Part shown: piece after piece, positions 21,245 through 31,273 of the stretch
Position numbering within the stretch: position 1 is the first letter of the stretch
How the letters are laid out: every line of letters begins with the position of its first letter
Assembly (NCBI GenBank): GCA_937902275.1
Contig: CALFNW010000141.1
Location: 1-56,937, forward strand
Reading direction: 5' to 3'
Length of the DNA: 56,937 bases
Source: an uncultured Clostridia bacterium
Lineage (GTDB): Bacteria > Bacillota > Clostridia > Oscillospirales > CAG-272
The notes under the pieces: model-generated
What the model saw: only the letters and a program-made list of their open reading frames with translations
The model's database searches: none
Told to the model about the DNA's origin: nothing
Position numbers and translations under genes: made by a program

Positions 21245-24200
21245 ATGCTTGAGCTTGCATATTCCGAAAATGATCTGACGGGAAGCGCGTACATTTATAA
21301 GCGCGCCGCCGAAAGTCTGAAGTCGGGCAGACATACCGTACTGATCATTCCCGAGCAGGCGGCGCTGACCGCCGAAAAGCGCATAATCGGACTGCTCGGC
21401 GACACGCCCTCGCTCGGGCTTGAAATTCTGAGCTTCAATCGCCTTGCCGAGACCGTTTTCCGCAAATGCGGTCCGCTTTCGTACAATTATGCTTCAAGCG
21501 GCGTAAAAAAGCTCGTACTTTGGCGCACCGTAACCGAACTTATGCCCGCGCTTGACCGCTTTGCATCGGCGGCGACGGACGAAAAACTGCTTGAGCTTTT
21601 GCTTGACCGTTTTTCCGAGTTCAAATATGCACTGATAACTCCCGCAAAGCTTGCACGCGCAGGCGACAGGCTTGCCACACCTGAGGATGCCGATGAAAAG
21701 CAACTGAAGCTATCGCATACGCTCAGCGAGTTGGCGCTCATTTATTCGGCGTACTCAGCCATGCTTGAAAAATCCTGTGACGATCCCTGCGACGCACTGC
21801 GCATATGCGAAGAGCGCATACGCGACGCTTCGCCGTTTATTGCTGCGGATTTTTATTTTGACTCCTTTATCGGATTTACGGCACAACAATACGGTATAAT
21901 TGACGCGCTCGCCGTGCGCAACAATGTCACGCTCTTTTTGCGCCATCCCGGAGTACCGATGAGCGAAGCCGACGACTCAGAGTTATACCTATATCAATAT
22001 GAAACCGAAGCAAGGCTCAGAAAACTTGCCGCTGAACGCGGGCTTGAATTCAAGACTACTCTCCTGTCAAATGCGCCGAGCGCGGACAAAAGCCCGGCGC
22101 TCAAAGCGATCGCCGAGCATTTTTCACTCGGAGGCGTCGGTTCGGACATTGCCGACAACTCGGCTGTCACTGTGTATTCCTGTCGTGACATTTTCGACGA
22201 GTGCGACCTTTGCGCTTCGCTCATTGCAGGTGAAATGCGCTCGGGCGTAAGATGCCGCGATATAGCGGTTGTCGTCAGAGACACCGGATCATATATCGGT
22301 ATCCTCGAAAGCTGCTTTGAAGACCATAATGTGCCCGTATACTTTTCAAGGCGTACCGATGTGCGCGAAAAACCGGCGGTAAAATTCATTACTGCCGCAT
22401 TTGATGCAGTTTCGGGCGGATACTCATTCAAAAATATGATCGCCTTTCTGCGCTGCGGCTTCGGAAACATAAGCTTTGCCGATGCCGACCTGATTGAAGG
22501 CTATATCCGCACTTGGAAAATTTCCGGCAGAGCGAAATACTCCGCCGATTTCACAATGAATCCGCGCGGATATATCCCGCAAAACGAGCGCGACGCCGAG
22601 AAGTTACGACGCATAAACGAAGTCCGTGAGCGACTCTTCGCCACGCTTGAAGAACTTGAAGACCAAATTAAGCGCGCTTCCACCGTCGGCGAATTCACGC
22701 GCGCCGTATACGACTTTGTATGCCGTGAAAATGTGGCAGAGAGGCTTTGCGAGCGTGCATATGAAATGCAAAAGCAAGGAGAAGCGAAGCTTGCTGCCGA
22801 GGAGTCGGCAACTTTCGCAGTGCTGTGCAACGCATTTGACCTTTTGATCGACACACTCGGCGAATGCGAGTGCGACCTGACCACATTTTTGAAATTATTA
22901 TCGCTTGCGCTTTCCGAAACCGATATCGGCACGATCCCCGCCTCAAGTGATGCAGTTACGGTCGGCGACGCTTCGCTTTTGCGTCCGTCCGAGGTCAGAA
23001 GCGTATATATGCTCGGTGCCTCCGACGGAGTTTTTCCGAAAAACATCAGTGAGGACAGTCTGTTTTCACGCACCGAGCGTGAATTGCTCGCCGTTGTAGG
23101 GCTTGATGAGCTGAAGCAGGATATTTCGGTAGAATCTTCAAAAGAACTGTTCTGGTTCTACCGTGCGGCAGTAATGCCGAGCGAGCGGCTGAGTATAAGC
23201 TATGTACGCAGAAACAGTTCGGGAGAGGAGCAGTTTCCGTCCTTTGCGCTGACGCGGCTCATGAAGCTTTTAAAACTTTCGCCGCTTGCCTCTGATGCGT
23301 TGCCGCATGAGCTTCGTATTCACGATATCGAATCGCTTTCGGAATATATCCCGCGTCTTGAATCCGCCGGATATCTCCGCGAAACGAAAGCTTTGCTTCA
23401 ATCGCTTCCGGAACTTGACGCGCTTTACCGAAACACACGCGAACCGATAAGCCGTGCCGACGAATATATATCAAAAGCCACCGCAGAGCGTATATTCGGC
23501 AAAACTCTCCGTCTTTCGCAGACCTCCGCGGAGCTTTATGCCAAATGCCCCATGTCTTTTCAATGCAAATATGCGCTTAAACTTTCGGAGGATGCCGCCT
23601 CTGAACCGTCGAGCGCGGATATAGGCACGCTCGTTCACTCGGTACTCAGAAGCTTTCTTGACGAAGGGCTCGGAAGCAACGAGACACTTGAAGTCAAAAT
23701 AAATGAACTTGTAAAGCGCGACTGCACACTTATCTTGGAATTTACGCCTGAGGAAAAACGTCCGCGCATCGCGCATCTGCTTGAGAGGGTCTCAAACACG
23801 ACCGCGCTTGCCGCCGCAAATCTCATGCGCGAGTTTGAAAGTTCTGACTTTAAGCCGACCTTTTTTGAACTGCCCGTTGGCATCTCGGACGACGGAATAC
23901 TGCCGATACGCCTGATGCTTGAGGACGGCTCAAGCGTAGTGCTTCGCGGGATCGCCGACCGAGTGGATACCATGCTTCGCGGGGACAAGCTTTATTTCAG
24001 AGTTGCCGACTACAAGACCGGCAACCGTGAATTTTCACTTGACGCAATCAGGCTCGGGCTTAATATGCAATTGCTCATATACCTGTTTTCGATCTGGGAA
24101 AATGCGGATTCGGCATTTATGAAAGCCTGCGGTGCCGAGGGCGCGCAACCGATACCGGCAGGTGCGGAATACGTGATGACCTCGCTTGAAAAGAAAAAAT

Positions 24201-24577
24201 TTGCCGATACGACCGACCCCGAAAAGATCGCCGAAGCACTCGGCGGCTCGTTCGGACGAAGCGGAATATATCTCTCCGATCCCGAGGTGCTTGCCGCGAT
24301 GGATCGCGAGCAGAACGGAAAGTTTATTCCGATAAAAAATCTCACAAAAGCGCAGGCGGGAGGCGTACTTGCCGACCTTGCCGAATTTGAATCGCTCAAG
24401 CGTGAGCTGAGCGGCATACTGATCGAGATAGGCAACGGTATAAAAAGCGGCTGCGCGAAGATCGATCCGCTTCCCGCGTCCAAATTTCTGCGTGCCGGTG
24501 CCTGCGGATACTGCCCGATGAAGCCGGTCTGCAAAAATGCGGTCGATCACACAGAAGATGAGGCCGCCGACGAATAG
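21245..24577 (+). CDS. addB: helicase-exonuclease AddAB, subunit AddB
   Basis: 1110 aa. The C-terminal RecB-type nuclease carries Fe-S cysteines (CPMSFQCKY ... CGYCPMKPVC). It lies immediately upstream of addA. Confidence 0.9.
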   Translation: MLELAYSENDLTGSAYIYKRAAESLKSGRHTVLIIPEQAALTAEKRIIGLLGDTPSLGLEILSFNRLAETVFRKCGPLSYNYASSGVKKLVLWRTVTELMPALDRFASAATDEKLLELLLDRFSEFKYALITPAKLARAGDRLATPEDADEKQLKLSHTLSELALIYSAYSAMLEKSCDDPCDALRICEERIRDASPFIAADFYFDSFIGFTAQQYGIIDALAVRNNVTLFLRHPGVPMSEADDSELYLYQYETEARLRKLAAERGLEFKTTLLSNAPSADKSPALKAIAEHFSLGGVGSDIADNSAVTVYSCRDIFDECDLCASLIAGEMRSGVRCRDIAVVVRDTGSYIGILESCFEDHNVPVYFSRRTDVREKPAVKFITAAFDAVSGGYSFKNMIAFLRCGFGNISFADADLIEGYIRTWKISGRAKYSADFTMNPRGYIPQNERDAEKLRRINEVRERLFATLEELEDQIKRASTVGEFTRAVYDFVCRENVAERLCERAYEMQKQGEAKLAAEESATFAVLCNAFDLLIDTLGECECDLTTFLKLLSLALSETDIGTIPASSDAVTVGDASLLRPSEVRSVYMLGASDGVFPKNISEDSLFSRTERELLAVVGLDELKQDISVESSKELFWFYRAAVMPSERLSISYVRRNSSGEEQFPSFALTRLMKLLKLSPLASDALPHELRIHDIESLSEYIPRLESAGYLRETKALLQSLPELDALYRNTREPISRADEYISKATAERIFGKTLRLSQTSAELYAKCPMSFQCKYALKLSEDAASEPSSADIGTLVHSVLRSFLDEGLGSNETLEVKINELVKRDCTLILEFTPEEKRPRIAHLLERVSNTTALAAANLMREFESSDFKPTFFELPVGISDDGILPIRLMLEDGSSVVLRGIADRVDTMLRGDKLYFRVADYKTGNREFSLDAIRLGLNMQLLIYLFSIWENADSAFMKACGAEGAQPIPAGAEYVMTSLEKKKFADTTDPEKIAEALGGSFGRSGIYLSDPEVLAAMDREQNGKFIPIKNLTKAQAGGVLADLAEFESLKRELSGILIEIGNGIKSGCAKIDPLPASKFLRAGACGYCPMKPVCKNAVDHTEDEAADE

Positions 24578-24650
24578 CCTCGTGCGCTCAGAACGTTAAA
24601 ACGATATCAAAATCACGCGAGCAGGTAACACGGAAATTCCGCTCTCCAAT

Positions 24651-24669
24651 GGGTCGGCTACGCCGACAT
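24651..24669 (+). promoter_or_regulatory. family-B leader hairpin GGGTCGGCTACGCCGACAT
   Basis: Stem GTCGGC/GCCGAC with loop TAC. The hairpin base lies 12 nt upstream of addA ATG 24680. Confidence 0.6.
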
Positions 24670-24679
24670 ATCGTATATT

Positions 24680-27600
24680 ATGTCAAAACCTACCTGGACC
24701 GAAGCACAGAAAAACGCAATAGATCTGCGCGGCAGGACACTGCTCGTATCCGCCGCGGCAGGCTCCGGCAAGACCGCCGTGCTTACCGAGCGCATAATCG
24801 GACGGCTTGACGACGTTGATTCCCCGCTTGATCTTTCACGTCTTTTGGCGGTCACTTTCACCAAAGCGGCTGCAAGCGAACTTAAGACTCGACTTTCGCG
24901 CGCTATCTCTGAGCGGCTTGCCGCCTCGCCGCGCGACCGCCGTCTTACCTCGCAGTTGCTTTTGCTTGACAGTGCGAAGATCTGCACTATTCACAGCTTC
25001 TGTCTTGACCTTGTGAAAAAGCATCTGCGCGAACTCGGACTGCCGACCGGAATGAGCGTCGGCGACGATACCGAGATCAAGCTGATGCGCCGTGACCTGC
25101 TTGATGAGCTTGTTGACGCCTACTACGCCGGCAACTTTAAGGAAGGCTTCGAGCTTGAGGGATTTGCGGAGTTTATGGACAACTTTTCACTCAGCAAAAA
25201 CGATTCTGATACGCTTGAATTGTTTCTGAAGCTTTACGATAAGCTGATGTGTATGCCTGACGGTTTGAAATTTCTCGCGGACTCCGCTGCGGCGCTTGAA
25301 GCCGACGCCGACAAGCCGTTTTTTGAGACCCGTCACGGCAGACTGCTTGCCGCACAATGCGCCGACTTTCTTGAATTTATCGCGGTCTCATATGACAGCT
25401 TTCTCAAAGAGTGCGACGATGACACCGTGCGTGAACGGTATCTGCCTGTGATATGCGAAGAGCGCGACTTTGCGCAAAGCGTATGTGCGTTGCTGCGCGA
25501 GTCGAAGTCCGACGCGGCGGCAAAGCTCGTGAACGCCTTTGAATTCGCAAGACTTCCCTCTCTGCCTCGCGGATATTGCTCCGAGCTTGCCGAAAGATTC
25601 AAACTCATGCGCACCGACTTCAAAAAAGGCTGTCAAAGCTATCTTTATCCGATATTTGAAACGATCGTCTTACCAGAATCCGAGCACAGATCGGCAGAGC
25701 TGATACGAAAGCTTTACGTCCTGCTCTGTGCGTTCGACTCCGAGTTTGCCGCGGCAAAGCGAAAGCTCTGCAAACTTGATTTCACCGATATAGAGCGGTT
25801 CACTCACCGATTGCTTGTCGAAAACGGCGAGCCGAGCAGACTTGCACGCGAACTCGCCGAAGATTTTGACGAGATATACATAGACGAATACCAGGATACA
25901 AACTCGGTGCAGGATGAGATATTTTCATCGCTTGCAAAAAACAACCGCTTTATGGTCGGCGATATAAAGCAGAGCATTTACGGCTTCCGCGGTGCCGCAC
26001 CCGAAAATTTTGCGCGCTACCGTGACAGCTTCCCTCCGTACAAAAACGGCGACTCCGAGCCTGCGTCCACAGTCTTTTTACAGAATAATTTCCGTTGCGA
26101 CCGCTCGGTGACCGAGCTTTGCAACCGCATTTTCGGCTGTATCTTCAGAAACAACTCAGGGCGCGTCAAATACTTTGAATCGGACGATCTTGTATGCTCC
26201 AAATCAGGCGGAGAGGAAAATTGCGTAAAGCCCAAAATAGTTCTTGCCGCCGCAGGCAATGAAAAACTAATGAACGAAGCCGACTATACCGCCGATGAGA
26301 TCCGCCGTTTGATCGACTTCGGCAAAAAGAAAAACGGCGAGCCGATACGTCCCTCGGATATCGCCGTGCTTGTCCGTTCAAACGCGGCGGCGCTGCCGCT
26401 TGAAAAAGCGCTTCGCGAACGGTCTGTGCCGACGGCGGGCAGTTTTGAGAACGGATTTTTTGAAAAGCCAGAGATCATTCTCATGATGGCGCTTTTGAAC
26501 GTAATAGATAATCCGACGCGCGACATATATCTTGCCGGAGTGCTGCGCAGTCCGATATACAACTTCACGCTTGACGAGCTTGCAGTCATACGCGCCGCCT
26601 CGGATGCCCCCTCGCTTTATGAAGCGCTTATCGAATATACCGATAATAATGATTTTGGAAAAGGACGCCGCTTTTTAAGCGAGCTTGCAGCCTTCAGATT
26701 CAGCGCGTCGGGTATGCCGACCGACCGTCTTCTGCATGAAATATTCCGAAAAACTCACATCTTTTCGATCATCGCGGCATCCGACTCAGACGACGTTGCA
26801 AAAGATAATCTGAGACTGCTATATAAATACGCGCGCGACTTTGAATCAGGCTCATATAAAGGCCTTTTCGGCTTCATACGCTATATTGACGATATAATAA
26901 AGCGCGGTGCCAAGCTTGTATTTGAAAATTCGGAGACAAAAGATGCCGTTAACATAATGACCGTGCATCACTCCAAAGGACTTGAATTTCCCGTCGTTTT
27001 CCTGTATCACGCAAATAAGCTGCCGAATACCGCAGGCGACAAAAGCGCGGCAGTATTGATCGACCCCGATGCCGGTGTTTCGATCGACCTTTGCGACAGG
27101 CAGAGACTTTCAAGACTCGTAACATATCACCGCCGTGCGCTTGAGCGCGCCATGGATGAAAAATATTTTGATGAGGAGATGCGGGTCTTGTATGTTGCGC
27201 TCACGCGTGCGCGCGAGCGGCTTTACATAACCGCAGAATATGCCGACCCCGAGCGCGAATATGACAAAACAGTCAAGCTCTCCCGCTCGCTCTGCCGCTT
27301 TACGGTCATGCGCCGCAACAGTTTTATGACGCTTGCGCTTGCCGCGCTTATGAGCGACCCGGATTTTACGGATTACGACCTGATATTCCCTGAAAAAGGC
27401 GCGCCCGAAACCGATCTGAGCCCTGCCCAGACCGACTGTGAAAAGTGCGACGCCGCTCCGCCCGATATCGACTTGCTGATATCACAGGTAAACTATGTTT
27501 ATCCGCACGCCGCCGCTTGCGGACTGCCTTCAAAATTGACCGTTTCAAAACTTTATCCCGAGATACTTGACGAAGCCTCGGATACCGACTATACGTCGGA

Positions 27601-28243
27601 TATGAGCGAGGCGCTTGAACAGTTAACCGGACGCATCACGGCGATAAAGCCGAAATTTGCCTCCGATGCCGAGAAAGCAAACGCTGCCGCGCGCGGTACT
27701 GCTACCCATCTGTTCATGCAGTTCTGCGATTATTCAAGAGCCGAGCGCGATATTGAAGCAGAGCTTGCACGATTGCTTTCGGAGCGGTTTATCGACCCTA
27801 AAAATGCAGAGCTTGCCGACACATCAAAGCTTTCACGCTTCTTTGAAAGCAAACTTTATCTTGAAAACATCAAAAAAAGTCCTCACGTATTCCGCGAATA
27901 CCGTTTCAACATGGCGTTGCCGGCGTCGGAATTCACGTCAAGCTCCGGGCTTGCCGCCGCGCTTGCGGATGAGTCGCTGTTCGTGCAGGGCGTTATCGAC
28001 TGCTTCTTTGAAAATCCCGACGGTACATTTACGGTGATCGACTATAAGACCGACAAAATACCGCGTGAACTTTACGGAAACGAAACGGCTTTTCGCAGTC
28101 TGCTTTGCGAGCGGCACAGCCGTCAGCTCGGATATTATGCGCGCGCGGTTGAACAGATCACGCGCAAGCCGGTCACCCGAGTCGCGCTTTATTCCTTTGA
28201 CCTTTCGGATACGGTCGAGCTTGACCTTCCCGAAAAAACGTAA
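24680..28243 (+). CDS. addA: helicase-exonuclease AddAB, subunit AddA (UvrD-like helicase/nuclease)
   Basis: WTEAQKNAI...LLVSAAAGSGKTAVL, YIDEYQDTN, VHHSKGLEFP and a C-terminal nuclease (GVIDCFF...IDYKTD). Confidence 0.92.
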   Translation: MSKPTWTEAQKNAIDLRGRTLLVSAAAGSGKTAVLTERIIGRLDDVDSPLDLSRLLAVTFTKAAASELKTRLSRAISERLAASPRDRRLTSQLLLLDSAKICTIHSFCLDLVKKHLRELGLPTGMSVGDDTEIKLMRRDLLDELVDAYYAGNFKEGFELEGFAEFMDNFSLSKNDSDTLELFLKLYDKLMCMPDGLKFLADSAAALEADADKPFFETRHGRLLAAQCADFLEFIAVSYDSFLKECDDDTVRERYLPVICEERDFAQSVCALLRESKSDAAAKLVNAFEFARLPSLPRGYCSELAERFKLMRTDFKKGCQSYLYPIFETIVLPESEHRSAELIRKLYVLLCAFDSEFAAAKRKLCKLDFTDIERFTHRLLVENGEPSRLARELAEDFDEIYIDEYQDTNSVQDEIFSSLAKNNRFMVGDIKQSIYGFRGAAPENFARYRDSFPPYKNGDSEPASTVFLQNNFRCDRSVTELCNRIFGCIFRNNSGRVKYFESDDLVCSKSGGEENCVKPKIVLAAAGNEKLMNEADYTADEIRRLIDFGKKKNGEPIRPSDIAVLVRSNAAALPLEKALRERSVPTAGSFENGFFEKPEIILMMALLNVIDNPTRDIYLAGVLRSPIYNFTLDELAVIRAASDAPSLYEALIEYTDNNDFGKGRRFLSELAAFRFSASGMPTDRLLHEIFRKTHIFSIIAASDSDDVAKDNLRLLYKYARDFESGSYKGLFGFIRYIDDIIKRGAKLVFENSETKDAVNIMTVHHSKGLEFPVVFLYHANKLPNTAGDKSAAVLIDPDAGVSIDLCDRQRLSRLVTYHRRALERAMDEKYFDEEMRVLYVALTRARERLYITAEYADPEREYDKTVKLSRSLCRFTVMRRNSFMTLALAALMSDPDFTDYDLIFPEKGAPETDLSPAQTDCEKCDAAPPDIDLLISQVNYVYPHAAACGLPSKLTVSKLYPEILDEASDTDYTSDMSEALEQLTGRITAIKPKFASDAEKANAAARGTATHLFMQFCDYSRAERDIEAELARLLSERFIDPKNAELADTSKLSRFFESKLYLENIKKSPHVFREYRFNMALPASEFTSSSGLAAALADESLFVQGVIDCFFENPDGTFTVIDYKTDKIPRELYGNETAFRSLLCERHSRQLGYYARAVEQITRKPVTRVALYSFDLSDTVELDLPEKT

Positions 28244-28322
28244 ATAGATACTCAGAATCGCAAAAGCACCGTTCGACAAAAGCTTCGCGCCGCTGCCGAA
28301 TGAATATCCGCACGAATGCCTA

Positions 28323-28356
28323 AGCACCCCTGCCGTCCGTCGGCAGGGGTGCTTTT
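28323..28356 (+). terminator. intrinsic terminator after addA
   Basis: AGCACCCCTGCCG-tccgt-CGGCAGGGGTGCT followed by TTTC. Confidence 0.7.
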
Positions 28357-28362
28357 CGTCGC

Positions 28363-30864
28363 TCATTCGTGATTTGCTTCGCCGCTTACAGTACCCTCAT
28401 CATTGATCTTTTCATATACGATACCGTGTTTTTCGTCAAGCACCGCTTTTACTTTGTCCCCCGGTCTTATGCTTTGGGCAAGCAATGCGTTTGAAAAGCT
28501 GTCCTCCACGCTGCGCGTAATGGCGCGGCGCAACGGTCTTGCTCCGTACACCGGGTCATAGCCTTCATTTGCTAACTCGCGCACCACCGCGTCGTCAAAT
28601 TCCGCGGAAATGCCGAGAGCCGCGATCCGAGCTTTAAGTCCGTCAAGCATTATCCGTGTGATTTTTTCAATGTCCTCTCGCGAAAGCTTTTCAAATACCA
28701 CTATATCGTCGATCCGGTTCAGAAATTCGGGGCGGAAAGTCTCCCTAAGTTTCTTTGTTACCGCCGCGTGGACTTCGCGTCCGTTCTGTTCGGAATTTTT
28801 TCCGAAACCGAGCGTGTTTTTTTCAGTAAACATCGACGCCCCGAGGTTTGATGTCATAATTATTATCGTATTTTTGAAATCAACCGTTCTGCCCTGACTG
28901 TCTGTCAGAATACCGTCATCAAGAAGCTGAAGCATAAGATTGAACACATCGGGATGCGCTTTCTCTATTTCATCGAACAGCACTACCGAATAAGGCTTGC
29001 TTCTCACTCGGTCGGTGAGTTGTCCGCCCTCATCGTATCCGACGTATCCGGGAGGCGAACCGATAAGCTTCGTAACATTGAATTTGTCCATATATTCGGA
29101 CATATCAATTCGTATTATCGCATTTTCGTCACCGAACATGACCTCTGCGATCGCTTTGGCAAGCTCGGTTTTTCCGACTCCGGTAGGACCCGCAAAAATG
29201 AACGAGCCGATCGGACGTTTCGGATCTTTAAGCCCTGTACGTCCGCGCCTGATCGCGGACGCGACGGTTTTCACCGCCTCATTTTGTCCGATAACGCGCG
29301 CCATCAGCGTTTCCTCAAGCTTTGATAAGCGATCGTATTCCTCCTCAAGCATTTTTTTGACCGGTATACCCGTCCACGCCGTAACCGTTTCGGCGATATC
29401 CTCGCGCCCGATCGCGGGCTGAACACCCTTTTGTGCGTTTTTCACGGAACGCCCGAGTTCTATATCGCTTGTAAGCGTGCGTATCCGATCGCGAAGCGCC
29501 GCCGCTTTTTCAAATTCCTGAGAGTTTACCGCTTCGGCAAGCTCGGCGGAAGCTTTGCGTTTTTCTTCCTCCGCCTCCCGAAGCTCGGGCGGCGGCAAAA
29601 ATACCGTAAGTCGTTTGCGCGATGCCGATTCGTCTATAAGATCTATCGCCTTGTCGGGCAGATACCTGTCGCTTATATACCGCCGTGAAAGCGTGACCGC
29701 CGACTCTATCGCCTCATCGGTGATCTTCACCTTATGATGTGCCTCATATTTGTCGCGAAGCCCCTTGAGTATCAGCACCGTATCGGATTCGTTCGGCTCA
29801 CCGACCGTGACCGACTGAAATCTCCGCTCAAGTGCCGCATCTTTTTCGATGTGTCGACGATACTCCTTTATGGTAGTAGCGCCGATTATCTGAATCTCGC
29901 CGCGCGCCAGCACCGGCTTTATCATATTTGCTGCGTCAAGCGCGTCGTCGCTTCCCGCTCCGGCACCTATGAGCGTGTGTATCTCGTCAATGAACAGGAT
30001 CACATTTCGGTTCGCCGTCGCTTCGTCGATCACGCCCTTGATACGTTCCTCAAAATCACCGCGATACTTGCTGCCGGCAAGCATTGAAGTGATATCAAGC
30101 GAGATTATTACTCGATCGGCAAGCGATTCGTGAATATTTCCCTCGGCGATCCGTGCGGCGAGTCCCTCCACCACCGCAGTTTTGCCGACGCCGGGTTCGC
30201 CGATCAGACAAGGGTTGTTTTTAGTACGTCGGGCAAGTATCTGAATGACCCTCTCGGTCTCGCGCTCGCGCCCGATGACCGGGTCGATCTTATTTTCACG
30301 TGCAAGCGCGGTAAGATCGCGCCCATATCTTGTAAGATACTTGCTCTTTGCCAGAGTATTTTCGCGGTTTGCATCGCCGCCGCGCGAGCGCAACTGTTCC
30401 ACAGGGTCTTTTCCGCCGTTCCCGCTCAGAAATGCACCGAGCTCGCCGATCAGATCGGAAATACGCACTCCGAGAGTACGCAAAAACTTTGCCGCCACCG
30501 AATCGCTCTCGTTAAGCAATGCGATCAATATGTGCTCTGTACCGATGTAAGGCTGTGAAAACTTCGCGGAATAAAGACTTGAGCGTTCAAGCACCCGCTT
30601 GAAGCGCGGAGTCATGCAATCCGGTGCAAGCACCGAATGTTCGCCGCGTCCGGAAAGCTCTACGACAAGTGCCTCGACAGAGCGGTATGACACACCGTTT
30701 TCCCCGAGTATTTTTTCGGCTACACTGCCCTTTACCGACAGCAGACCGAGTAGCATATGCTCTGTACCGATGTATGAATGACCAAGCTCCGACGCCGCTT
30801 TCATCGAATTGTTGATCGCAAACTCGGCTTTGGAAGTAAAATGAATGTTCACACAAAAATCCAT
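28363..30864 (-). CDS. clpC: ATP-dependent Clp protease ATP-binding subunit ClpC (class III Hsp100)
   Basis: Clp_N repeats ([28 protein letters not shown]), two AAA+ modules ([18 protein letters not shown]) and a UVR-like linker. The start is ATG 30864 or GVG... GTG 30852 (see findings). Confidence 0.93.
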   Translation of the reverse strand: MDFCVNIHFTSKAEFAINNSMKAASELGHSYIGTEHMLLGLLSVKGSVAEKILGENGVSYRSVEALVVELSGRGEHSVLAPDCMTPRFKRVLERSSLYSAKFSQPYIGTEHILIALLNESDSVAAKFLRTLGVRISDLIGELGAFLSGNGGKDPVEQLRSRGGDANRENTLAKSKYLTRYGRDLTALARENKIDPVIGRERETERVIQILARRTKNNPCLIGEPGVGKTAVVEGLAARIAEGNIHESLADRVIISLDITSMLAGSKYRGDFEERIKGVIDEATANRNVILFIDEIHTLIGAGAGSDDALDAANMIKPVLARGEIQIIGATTIKEYRRHIEKDAALERRFQSVTVGEPNESDTVLILKGLRDKYEAHHKVKITDEAIESAVTLSRRYISDRYLPDKAIDLIDESASRKRLTVFLPPPELREAEEEKRKASAELAEAVNSQEFEKAAALRDRIRTLTSDIELGRSVKNAQKGVQPAIGREDIAETVTAWTGIPVKKMLEEEYDRLSKLEETLMARVIGQNEAVKTVASAIRRGRTGLKDPKRPIGSFIFAGPTGVGKTELAKAIAEVMFGDENAIIRIDMSEYMDKFNVTKLIGSPPGYVGYDEGGQLTDRVRSKPYSVVLFDEIEKAHPDVFNLMLQLLDDGILTDSQGRTVDFKNTIIIMTSNLGASMFTEKNTLGFGKNSEQNGREVHAAVTKKLRETFRPEFLNRIDDIVVFEKLSREDIEKITRIMLDGLKARIAALGISAEFDDAVVRELANEGYDPVYGARPLRRAITRSVEDSFSNALLAQSIRPGDKVKAVLDEKHGIVYEKINDEGTVSGEANHE

Positions 30865-30865
30865 A

Positions 30866-30883
30866 CCGCCGTAGACGGCTCAA
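30866..30883 (-). promoter_or_regulatory. family-A leader hairpin TTGAGCCGTCTACGGCGG
   Basis: Exact 11-mer TTGAGCCGTCT followed by the CCGTC-TAC-GGCGG hairpin. It lies 20 nt from the 11-mer to GTG 30852. Confidence 0.6.
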
Positions 30884-31049
30884 AAAAATAACAGATAATT
30901 TCCGCATCGGCAAAGCCGACTCTGAAGCATCTTACGCTTCATAATCCGATGATTTCCCAAGCCGGGCAAAAAATATTCACCCGCACCTGCTTTTCGAAAA
31001 GCGCAGTGCCTGCCTTTTACATTTTACTTCGCTCACCTGCAGTTAATGA

Positions 31050-31100
31050 TTCAAAAAACACAAAGCGGCTGTTAAAAAACAATATTTTTAACAGCCGCTC
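31050..31100 (-). terminator. intrinsic terminator after the AraC gene
   Basis: Minus strand AGCGGCTGTTAAAAA-loop-TTTTTAACAGCCGCT followed by TTGTGTTTTTTG. Confidence 0.7.
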
Positions 31101-31273
31101 AAAAATGTCGGTAAGGATCCATGTAGCTTTGAAGCGCTATTTGACTGAATTTGCCTTAACGCCCTTGCCCTTTCGCCGTTTTAACGGCAAAACAGCGGCG
31201 CTTTGCCGTCAATATCTATGTCGACAGAGTATTAAAAACTCATTTGAATAAACCTCAAAGCAAGCCGCCCATG

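Noticed and set aside
30866-30912. Reading CGTCT in the family-A motif as an ECF-sigma -10 element with upstream GGAAAT/GGAATT/CGAATT as the -35
   Set aside because: The spacing between the putative -35 and CGTCT is 20, 17 and 24 nt in the three copies. That inconsistency argues against a shared ECF promoter.
31140-31155. CtsR-box-like direct repeat (minus strand GGCAAA-TTC-AGTCAAA) upstream of clpC
   Set aside because: It has one mismatch in the first heptad and the wrong spacer. More importantly, it lies upstream of the strong AraC terminator (31050-31100), so it is not in the clpC promoter region.
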